Source of the DNA: Tubulanus polymorphus
Taxonomy: Eukaryota; Animalia; Nemertea
Direction of reading: 5' to 3'
Assembly: GCF_964204645.1 (NCBI RefSeq)
Contig: NC_134025.1
Coordinates: 14,322,001-14,386,000 of the forward strand
DNA: 64,000 bases
Within the stretch, counting starts at the first letter, position 1, and the number at the start of each line of letters is the position of its first letter. Both the position numbers and the translations under genes were made by a program. Under the pieces are notes generated by a model. The model was not told where the DNA came from, did not search any database, and worked only from the letters and a program-made list of their open reading frames with translations. Positions 25,209-37,300 of the stretch are shown piece after piece.

Positions 25209-28200
25209 GGAAAGTTTTTCAGTGAAGAACTTGTGAAAAATTAATGAATTTTATGTAAATTCAGGAATGTCCATATTAAGAATTTTGTTTCTTGTTTTGT
25301 ACTTGATTTGATTCTCATGGCATGGAGAACTCGATGCGGATCCAAGGAACGACAATGTAAAGACACCTGTGGTACATTGATCTTTGCATCTCGACGGTGC
25401 TTATGATATTTGGAATAGTAAATATCCTGTGGATCGGTAAAGTGTAATGATGAAGAAAATGGGTAATTGTTAAAATTAATGTTTTAAGACTGCGGCTGAA
25501 TGTGAAGTTTTGTGGCAACAAATTTGTTTATTTATACTTGAATTGATTATCGAAGTGACGAGCAGCCTGCGGTGGATTTCTGGATGATGAATCTGAAAAA
25601 CATAGCGCCTCATTGAATGGGGCTAAATTCTCGATGTTTACGGCCCGACAGTGCTTTTGTAACGTTGATTCATCAAAATACGCGCAGAATAATTGTAGAT
25701 TGAAGTGAGCTAAAGGACATCATACTGATTGTATTGGCCTCAGCGGCAAGGTAACAAAGCCTATGTTCTTAGAGTAAAAATAGTGTGGAATAAAATAAAG
25801 AATATAGCTGCAAAGCAGTGATAAGGGTTTTCTGCCTTGCTGGATAAAATGTCGTACAAGGATGCGTGCACCAGTGTGCCATGTTCTGGGAAATAACATT
25901 GAGAATAACGAAGATACGGTGTTTTCACCATTCCCTAGTGGCAGTTGTATGAACTAATTATGTTGGTCAGCATACTATACATATGTATATCTACTCACAC
26001 AAGGTTAATGGATTTCTATAATAGAATGACTGAATTACACAATTGATGCCAGAATCAGTTTTCAAAATTTACGCCCCCTGGTAAGAATAGGAACTATTTA
26101 TGTGAGGGGTTCGTTGTATTTTATATCCAGGTACTGTGTATCAGTTTTCATAGAAATCCCTTTATCTGTTTAGTAGATATCAATGCAAATGCATTTCCAG
26201 CGAGTTGTAGGTAGCGCTCCTGGAGAACCATTTGAGTTACCTACTAAAACCGTACATCAATACAAGTGTCTTGTGAAGGGCTACTAACCATACTTTGCAA
26301 CCACGATTCTATCTCCAACGGTTAAGGAGCTAGGAATAAAGATTGTTGTTTTCACAGTCCCTTGGTGGCAGTTGTATGAAATAATCATGCAGGTTGGCAT
26401 ATGAAACGGATGTCTATGTACTTATACCAAGGTTTGATTACCATAATAGACCAACCGCATTACATGTGAAAACTGATGCTCAAAATGTGTTTTTAAAATT
26501 TACGCCCCCTAATGGTTGAAATAGGAACTAATTATGGGCGGGGTTTGTTGTATTTAGTAACCAGGTATATGTGTAATTTTCATAGAAATCCATTCACACG
26601 CTTAGTTAATATAGATGAAAATGTGTTATCCAGCATTTTATAGGTGGCGCTTCTTGAGAACCAAATGAGTTACATAGTTATTTCAAACATCAATACAAGC
26701 GTCTTGTGAAGGGCTAATGGCCACTCGCTGGAACCACGATTCTATCTCCAACGGTTAAGGAGCTAGGAGCAAATATCTCACATTAAAAATTTGGGGGCGC
26801 ATTTAAGAGCCCCTAAAGCCCCGAACGGTTAATCTCAGAATAGGCATGCAATTGACTTTTTTAAACTCCAGGCTGTTATGAACACCTTTTGTGCTTGCTC
26901 GAAGCTGAAAACTCAAGGACAAAAAATTTTCTCACAGTACCTTTTCGATGTCAGAATTTTCAAAAGTTCAGCTCCCCTGGTGGGTGAACAGGTTGCCCAA
27001 TCACAAATCTCTGACAGTTACATCAAGGTACATTCATTCGGTACATCTCACGAAAGTTTCAAGTAAATTCATCAAGGGGTATTGTAACGCCAGCAGAATA
27101 TAAATTCATTCAGGCTCTCTCGTATAGATAGCTGCACTAATATTCATCAGCTCTATTCAGGGAAGATGATGACCTCAATCACTGCTATACCAGCTGCATG
27201 TAGAGCGCCTTATCAGTTGCTATGTTTACCACAGACGCGGTCTTTGTATAGAACACATATAGCACAGTACAGTGAGTGACAATCATATGATCATAGTATA
27301 CGCACACATACAAAGATGGATACTGTTTGAATGGGGCTTAAATTTCGATGTTTAGAGGCTCGTAGTGAGTTAAAGGCCGACTTTGAGTATAAAAGGCCCA
27401 TCATCTGTCAGACATGGCAGTATCTCTGAACCCATGGAGCAGTCAAGAGCTCCAGCATTGAAACTGGTATTTCCCTAATATCTCTGTCAGTTAACCGATT
27501 TGGACCCTCCTTTTTGTCAGGGATATGTGTAAACATGTAATATAGTCATATCTATGGCTTAAAATTTTGTTTAAGTCTTCCTTCATGCATAAATTAGCAA
27601 TTTACTTAGTGCATTCTTCAAATTTTCAAATCTTTGAATGACAAGCTGGGAGGAGTTATTCACCTCACTACAGAGAGCACAGTGGCCTGTAGTCATAAAC
27701 CTATATAAACAAAACAGTTGCAGCTCTCTATTGCATAATTTTGGGGGTAAGTAAACTTTTAACCTGAAAGTTGTATCAAACTGAAAATTTATATATCATC
27801 TTAACTCCTCATCAGTAACAATGTGTGAAAATTTCATCAAAATTGGACAAACATTGAATAAATTGAAAATACAGATTCTATGTTCATATCCATTATTACT
27901 GGAGGAATTCTCATCAAAAAACATCTACAAAATCAGCGAATTCTAATTAAGAAGATTACTATGACCAAAATGATATCAAACATATACGAACAATTTTTTT
28001 TTTAAATGTCACTGATACTGTGTGATACACGTGTGAGCCAGATGTGTTCCAGTAAACACTTTAAACAAACTACTGCTTGCTAGTTGCTAGTGGGATGTGG
28101 CCTGCACTGCAGATCTCAAGTACCAACCGTTTAAGTCTGCCTTTAACAGTTGAGTTCTGATTAATATTATGTACCGGTACAGCATTTGTCAAGGCAGCAT

Positions 28201-28293
28201 AGTACTTGTGATACATCACGGTTTCACCGACAGTGAAAGTAAGTTGCAGTAGTTTATATTCTTTCAGTAAGATCCAGTGTGAAAAAGAGAAAA

Positions 28294-28329
<36 letters not shown>

Positions 28330-31300
28330 CAGTACAATTACAATAGGGTTTCTGCGAAAGCAGCAGAAACCCTAAATATAGCTGCAAAGCAGCGATAACG
28401 GGGTTTTCTGCACAGCCTTGTTCGTATTCTTGATCTTGTCTGGATGTGTCGACCAGCGAATGCGTGTATGCTGACGCAGCCCCACTATGCTATGAAAATG
28501 AAGGGAATTTAGAATCCTGTTCAACACGGTTGTATAAAAGGAAGGTCTACAAACAGTCAGTTGGACTTACTTGAAACCATGGATGATCGGACCAGATGGT
28601 TTTTCGACTCTGGAATATCGATTGTTAGGCCTTAATTAGTCTTTATAGATTTCGAAAATGTATTTGATAATGCAAGATCTGGCTCAACATTTTTCTATTA
28701 ACGAAAAAGGTGACCAAAATCAATGGAAGTGTATGTGTCATCTTCACCAGTGGAGTAACACAAGGTAGTTTCCAAAGTCGCCTTCTCATCATTGTCAAAT
28801 GATAAACAGAATAATCCAAATCTACAGGACCAGTGAATTTCCAAAACAAGACTTTTAATATTTAGAGTAGTTTATCTCCTGTGGATCGGTAAAGTGTAAA
28901 AGTATACTGATGAAGAAAATGGGTAATTGTTAAAATTAGTGTTTGAAAACCATGGCTGAATGTGAATTTTTGCGGTAATATATTTGTTTATTTATACTTT
29001 TGATAATCGAAGTGACGAGCAGCCTCCCATGGATTTCAGGATGACAACTCAGAAGAATTAGGAACAGTTTAACACTCATACACTGGATAAACTTTGATAC
29101 TCACAAGAGCAAGCTTTCACCTACATTCTGTAGGCATCGTCAGGCTTAAAGTGACGTCATCAGATGTTGTTGATGTTGGCGCGCGGGGGCCTTCACAGAC
29201 CAGTTGACGAGATCCGGCTGTGACGTCACATCAACAACATCTGATGACGTCACTTTAAGCCTGACGATGCCTACAGAATGTAGGTGAAAGCTTGCTCTTG
29301 TGAGTATCAAAGTTTATCCTGTGTATGAGTGTTAAACTGTTCCTAATTTGGATATTCCTGGATAGTAAAGAATGTTTAATGAACTCAGAAGAACACGTCG
29401 CCTCATTGAATGGGGTCCAATTTTCGATGTTTCCAGCTTTTATAACGTCGATTCATAAAAATGCCGAGGGAGTATTTGTAGATCGAAATGAGCTAAAGGA
29501 TATTATTTGGGTTGTATCGGAAACAGCGGTAAGGTAAAAAAGCCCATGTACTTTCGAGGAAAATAGTGTAAAAATGGGAAAAAAGAATAAATCACGTGAA
29601 TATTAATAGGGTTTTCTGTGCACCCATGCTTATTTTGGTAAATAAAACGTGCGTGTGAATATGCCGATGAATTTAACGCAATACTTATTTGCACTTAGAA
29701 AACACCGAACAGGTGAATTAGTAGTGTTTTGTTTGCACTTCGTCATGATGCTCTGACATCCTACGGCTGTGGCACGATGTCGTTCATTGCGGGGTGGAAT
29801 CGGTTTTGGTCTTACTGATGGAATTGTCTGTTAAGCGGCTGGTGCGGTACCGCGGTTCTGTCGCGATTTGGATCATTTCTTTAATCGGGACCGAATCTAC
29901 TTGTACCATACAAATTGCACCCCTACATCGTTATCTGATGTAATTTGAACTTTGTCAAGCATCTCATATCTCAGAAGGCTTTGGTTAACCTCTTGGCCCA
30001 TGGGCAATTATTATCTTTTGACTTCAGTTTGTTATTCCATACATTATCTTGAAAACATAGATATTTGAATTATTTCTCTTCTAATTCGAATTTGAAATAA
30101 GCATCCATGTGATGCAATAAACGATTTGTTTTGGCTTACAGTAATTAAGCAGGATGGAGAAGGATGTCCAAATCCAAACAACCCCCTCCCCTTGTCTTTC
30201 ACAAACCCCTTCAATCTTGGACATTTTTTATGGACAGCCCCATATCAACGTAACTGAGTACAACCAGGCTGGAACCAGGGATCATTCATTGCTTACCAGT
30301 TGTAAGCTAGAGTAAATTGACACATTCAAGCAACTGATAGTACCCAGCCAGTTCCTCCCATATGCCAAACACGCCCTTGTAACTAATTGTGTCCAGTTAC
30401 CTTTTGGATGAACGCTAGGCTTTAGAATTTATTCAGTCATTATTTTTAGATTGAAGGAGAACCGAGCATTCAGAAAATGAAGGAAATAAGTAGTGCAGAG
30501 AAAAATCGGATCGATGCACAGCAAAAAAATCTTGGCAAAGTTGGATTACAGGATAAAGCTGACATTCTTCAGAAAGCAACTCAAACTAATGATGTATGTA
30601 TATTGTATGCAAATAACAATAACTGATGTCCCTGCTGTTCATCTCACTTAATAAATGTAAAATTTGTGTAGATTTCAGCTCCAGATGATATGTTGAGAAG
30701 TGTTCCTGTTCCAAATGTTGATTGCATTAAGTTCCACCCAATATCTCCAAGCAACAATCATGAGATGGGTTCAGCTGTAAATGATAAGTTCCCACTGAAG
30801 GGGCTTCCTCTCATGATGCAACTTGATGATATCCACACTAATTTTGTTGAAGTAAGCACTGTCGTGTATTTGTTTAATTTCAATTTCTTTTGGTGTTAGT
30901 CCCTGAGTTTATTCAAGACAATGAAATTGGAAGGAAACCTAGTGATTTGTTATTTTATTAGCTGTCATATCTATAACATCTATAATTACTGTCTAAGTAT
31001 TTCACATAGGATCATGAAATCTTATTCAGATGTGGAGTAGGGCTAGTAACTTTTTATTTTGGTGAACATAACTTAGGTTGCTGAAGTTTAAATCGTGGCC
31101 ACCAGGGGACCACATTGGAAAATAATGTCAGCGCAAGAGCCTTGATTTCTTGATATATTTTGGTACACAGTTAGGAACTGGCCAAGGTACATTCCTATTT
31201 AAATTCAGGTTGCTGTTGTTGGTTTACCTTTGTCAGCAGTATGAGGTTGGCATTGAGCCAATTCATGTAAAATCGCGGTACATTTTTTATGTGAGAATTT

Positions 31301-34300
31301 TTTTCATTGGTTCTCGGGTTAAACGACGTACAATCGATGCGATTGAAAACATGACAAACCTCCGTCGATGACATGGTCAACTCTGTTTAAATTCGCCGAA
31401 AAACTGTTTTTTGCGGGAAAATTCTTAGCTCTTGCGTATAAAATTGCAATGACGTCGATTGGGGGGCGTCGTCTCTACGAGCGAATGTGATTGGCTGTTT
31501 TTGGAATATACGGGTTATTCCGGCACTACTAAAATAATTATGGGGAAGCCATTTATGGCAAACGTTTCATTGGACTAGGTGCCGTATATGTGCGAATATT
31601 AAATCCTCATTGCTGGTGAGAATATGATTATTTGACATATCAGGGTGACATATCTGAAGTGAATAACTTAGTATTTCTGTATCATATTTGTACCTATGCT
31701 TATTTTGTTACCACAATCAATTGAAAGTTGTACCTCATGATATATTCAATGATTGTGGTCAGTTTCAAGGTCATATGTTATTCCATATAGTCACCAAGGG
31801 GCGTTGATAAGTAGAATAGCTTAGTATTTCTGAATTATATCGGTACCTAGACATATTTTGTTACCATGATCAATTCCAAAGTTGTAACTCACCAGGTCAC
31901 CAGGTCACCAGGGGCATTGAATAACTAGAATAACTTAGTATTTCCATATTATATTGGTAACTAGGCATAGTTTGTTACAGCAATTGATTACAAAATTGTA
32001 GCTGCTGACATGTTCTATGATTGTGGTGAGTTTCAAGGTCATTGGTTTTGTAAATGGCCACCATGGGGCGCTGAACAATTCTATAACTTATTTACATATC
32101 ATATTTGTACCTGTGCATGTTTTGTTACCACAATCAATTGGAATATTCTAGCTCATGACATGGTCAATAATTGTGGTGAGTTTTAAGCTCATTAGTTTTT
32201 AGCCCACTTGGAACTTTAGTCCCAGCGGGCTATTGCGTTCACTTTTTGTCCATAGACAGAATCCAGTCATTTTGGGAAGTTTTGAAGACGCTTCATTGTA
32301 ATGTCTTGATATTTGGGTTACACATGTATCTACCCTAGACACATCTTCAGCCCAAAAACTGGCCCTGTCAGAACCAAGATGGCCGACTGGCAGCCATTGT
32401 TGTTCGCCAAAATCAGCACTTTTTACACATTTTTGAAGTTTTTGAGGGAAATTTTGAAGACGCTTTGATCAATTACCTTTGATCAATTACCTCAATTACC
32501 TTTTAGTGCCCAAAAATGTCAATTTTGGCCGAAATTCTGGGTCCTGTAGCTTCATACTGGTTCGCCATTTCTCATTGCAATTTGTGATGGGTATTCTTTG
32601 GAAAGAGATGTTTTATACCTGAGACAGGTATTTTTTGATCAGCCAATTATGACGCAATTGGCGGCCATATTGGTGTCATCAGTACTCATTCGTAGGTGGG
32701 AAAAAGTTTTTCGACATTATATTGATACTTAAGCATAGTGTGTTACTACAATCAATTGGAAAGTTGTAGCCCATGACATGTTCTATGATTTTGGTGAGTT
32801 TTCAGGTCATTGGTTTTTGTATATGGCCACCAGGGGGCATTGAATAATACAATAACTTAGTATTTCTATATTACATTTGTACCTATGTATATTTTGTAAC
32901 CACAATCAATTGCAGAGTTGTAGCTCATGACATCATCTATGATTGTGGTGAGTTTTAAGGACATTAGTTATTCTATATGGTCACCAGGGGGCGTTGAATA
33001 GTAGAATAACTTAGTATTTCCTTATTAGATTGGTACCTAGGCATTTTTTGTTACCATGATCAATTGCAAAGTTGTAATTCATGACATGTTCTATGATTGT
33101 GGAGAGTTTCAAGGTCATTGGGTTTTGCATATGGTCACCAGGGGTGTTGAATAGTAAAGCAACTTAGTATTTCCATATTAGATTGGTAACGTGGCATATT
33201 TTGTTATCACAATCAATTACAACATCGTAGCTGCTGAAATGTTCTATGATTGTGGTGGGTTTCAAGGTCATTGGTTTTTATATATGGGTCGAGGGGCGTT
33301 GAATATTGATATTGTTAGATTGTTATGCATTTGAAACCACTTCTCAAGTGGGCACGGTGTCCCTAGGCCCTGGACCCCTATTTGTATATCGTTACCAGGG
33401 GGTGTTGAACGATACAATAACATAAGTTTTCCCTTTTTATATTGGCACTTAGGCATATTTTGTTACCATGATCTTTCATAATTTTCTAATCCATCGAAGA
33501 TGGGTATTTTTACTTGTTTATAATAATATTGATAATAATGTTGATAATAGTGCTTGCTTTATCGGCGATCTACATTGTTCATATGTATGTATTGAAATAT
33601 TTCAATAAAACGTTTTATGTCTTTTATCGAATTATCGGTGATAAATTCTTATCACTGTTCAGCACGTCAACTTATCAGATTAAGATTAAGTTCTTAATAG
33701 AACACGTCAAGATTTTTAGTAATGTGATATTATCTAAATGCTCCATGAATGCATGTTGAAATCAATTAACATTTATTGAGTACACATGTTCAGTTTCAAA
33801 GCTGGATCACATCAAAAACATGGTTTAAGTACATACGCATAAGTGCCATATGCCAACTGGTTCATGCAACTCCCAACGGAACTACGAAAGCACCAGACAA
33901 GGTACATCAGTACTTTTTATGTGGTAGCCCTTTTGGATCCACATATGCCAGATATGTGTCACACTCCTTCAAAATATTCGTATGTTATAAACTGATAAGA
34001 ATTATTTTGGTGAAATCTTTGTGCGCTTCCGAGTGCGACATTTAAACCAGCAAGGCAGAAACCTGTTGTCGCTGCTTTGCAGCTATATTTATGATTCTTA
34101 TTGACTATTCACCCATGGTTGTTTCATTGATTATTTCAGTTTGATGTTCTTATGAATACAGAATGTTTACCGGATGACCTCAAACTGTATCTGCCTTTAT
34201 TTACTGAGATATTACTTGAATCGCCAGTCATAAGGAATGGAGGTAAAATGTACCATACATGATTGATTTAAAAATCAATAATGAGCTACAATTCTGAGCT

Positions 34301-37300
34301 AAAGAAATTTTTTGCCCACTGAAGCTAATTTCTGAAGTGAAGTTAAAAGTGGTAACTAACTGTTGATACCTAAGCATATTTTGTTACCACCATCAATTGG
34401 AAACTTGTAGCTCATAACGTGTTCTATGATTGTGGTGAGTTTCAAGGTCATTAGTTTTTGAATATGGCCACCAAGGGGCATTGAACAATGCAATAACTTA
34501 GTATTTCTATATCATATTTGTACCTATGCTTATTTTGTTACCACAATCAATTGAAAATTGTGGCTCATGACATATTCGATGATTGTGGTCAGTTTCAAAG
34601 TCAAAGGTTATTCCATATTGTCACCAGGGGGTGTTGATACATAGAATAGTTTAGTATTTCCGAATTATATTGGTACCTAGACATATTTTGTAACCATGAT
34701 CAATTCCAAAGTTGTTGCTCATAACATGTTGCATGAATTAAGTGAGTTTCCTGGTCATTGGGCTTTGCATATGGTCACCAGGGGGCGTTGAATAACTAGA
34801 ATAACTTAGTATTTCCATATTATATTGGTAACTAGGCATAGTTTGTTACCGCAATTGATTACAAAATCGTAGCTGCTGACATGTTCTATGATTGTTGTGA
34901 GTTTCAATTCAAGGTCATTGGTTTTGTAAATGGCCACCATGGGGCTGAACAATTCTATAACTTATTTACATATCATATTTGTACCTGTGCATGTTTTGTT
35001 ACCACAATCAATTGGAAAATTCTAGCTCATGACATGGTCTATAATTGTGTTGAGATTCAAGGTCATTAGTTTTTGTATATGGTTACCAGGGGGTGTTGAA
35101 CGATACAATTACATAAGTTTTCCCTTATTATATTGGCACTTAGGCATATTTTGTTACCATGATCAATTGAAAAGTTGTAGCTCATGACTTGTTTGATGAT
35201 AATGGTTAGTTTCAAAGTCATTGGGCTTTGCAAAAGTAATTTCTTTCGATTTGGTATTTTTGGTTTAATTTGTTTGAAGTAAAAAAATACAATTAGCCAA
35301 AGACTACAATTTTTGATTTTATAGTTTTTTAGCCTGAAAGACATGGATTTCTTAATGCTTTGCCCAATAAGCTGAGACCCTCCATCAGGAGATTTTAATT
35401 CACGGATTTGTCGATTGTCAGTTTGTCTTATTTGACGATGTATGAGGCTGACAATACGCGCCTGCCGATGTGTAAGTGCTGTGTATACCCGGTACCATCA
35501 TCGCCGAGTCACTGTGCTATATATATTGACTCGCTCTAGTGATTATATATATACAAAATAGTTCTAAATAGATTATTGGAAGTAGATAATGATCTTCAGG
35601 AGCATTAGAGTGACATAGTTCGGACAGTTAGATCGTGTCCATCCAATAAGCCAATCATGATATTTTGGGGTAAAAACTGAGGCTTATTATCCAGAAAATA
35701 CTGTGCGTATGTATTTCGTCAGTCTGACATTTGTCCTGAGGGCAACATCTCGCATTTTCTAAAAACTTCAGTGAGCATGGGCATTTTTGTGTTCTTCGGT
35801 TCAAGCTTGCTACGACCACATGGCCTATTTCAGCTAATCACTACTCTCCAAGGATTCAGCGTAAATGAAAGGCTGAATCCAAGAACATGTCTATCGCACT
35901 TTTGAGCCCAAACGTCTACTTTTATTTAGTAGCCACTTGAGAACAATAAGCAATTAACGATATCGGCTACTTTTCCAGTAGTATACATTTCAAAACAGTC
36001 ACTCTGAAATTGTATTCCTTTCAATTTGTTCTGTTTCGAAGAGTCTACTATAGAAAAGTGACCATTTTTTAGCATCTGGTTTCGATAGTGCACACAAGCA
36101 GTAGAGGTGACTGTAAAACCACCCGTCTGTAAACAGTGACTTTGTGATAGTAACTCCTACCATAGCAGCTACTCACAGAACACATTGTTCCTAAAAGTCA
36201 ACTATTGAAAAGTGACCATTTTGAGATGGCTTGGTAATTTCCTGTTCAAAATAGTAGCATCTGTAAAAGATTTGCAGTGATATGTGACAGCTTCAAACGT
36301 ACCGTTAAACCCTATATGCTTTGGGTACAGAACTCTGTATGCTTTGAATACAGTTCTGTGAAAAGAAAATCAAAGTTTTTAACTAAGAACTAAGAATCCT
36401 CTTATTTATATTACGCTCAACAAAATGGCAATATCCAATAGGAAAACTATTGATTTATATAACATCATCATGGATTAATACTAATACATATGGTATAGTA
36501 CCAGACCTAATTTCAGGGGCGGATCCAGGGGCATGTTGTGACCATGTCGACCAATAAAAAGGGCATATATTCTTAATTTAGGGCGGAAAGGCATATCAGC
36601 AAAATTTTTTAAATTTTACTATCATTAGAGCTTTCTGAGCATCTCTGAGAGGCATGAAGTCAAGAAACATAGTTCATATATCTAGGAAAAATATCTATTG
36701 TGTATCTCGGGTGGTTATAATGTCAAATTTTGATACAGAGAAAAAAATAAAAAGGCACTTTAAAATTCCATCAGTGTCAGGCGACACGGTTGACACGGTC
36801 TAAATCCGCTCCTGAATTTAGAATTTAATGATTTTTGTTATACATTTGCGATAATAAAACATTCTGGTGCGTTCATAAATCTTTGATTTAGTAGAAAAGA
36901 CTGATAAAAGAATAAATTTGTCTCTTAGGCTTAGTTTGTTTTTAAGGATATATGAGAGAGGAATATACAAATAAAATCATATGTTCATAAAATTAATTCT
37001 ATTTATCTCATTGTCTGAATGAAGACTACACAAAATATTCCGAAAAAAATGTATCTAAAATACTAAGAATTAACCTTGAATTTATTGTTTATTTTGATAC
37101 CTTGAATTTATTGTTTATTTATTGTTTATTTTGATACAAACGATTTTTAAGTAATCCATGCTATGTTCACTTTGTCACACTGTTCTCTGCTTGTTCGTTA
37201 GTGAATATTGAATCATTTTATCGCTTGCTAGAAGTTATTCCCTGATCTTATTTCATAATTATACAGTTTGGTTGAAATGAAATTACCACCTTATTATAAA

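Larger units (their letters stand above)
29058..29381. mobile_element. Penelope-like inverted pseudo-LTR insertion (121-bp arms, 51-bp spacer)
   Basis: Arms 29056-29176 and 29228-29348 with one mismatch. 12-bp TSD AACTCAGAAGAA at 29046-29057 and 29382-29393. Empty paralogous site at ~25580-25610. Confidence 0.8.
28374..29620 (-). mobile_element. Family B Helentron-like element (with RT fragment ~28747-28850 and a Penelope insertion)
   Basis: Its 3' end abuts the family C 5' end at 28374. Blocks are shared with 2025-2290, 6090-6260 and 60244-62869. Confidence 0.65.

Noticed and set aside
25100-25260. Telomeric repeat or Polinton terminus at the ACC/ACT run
   Set aside because: The unit is not TTAGGG-like, and no matching long TIR or Polinton genes are present.
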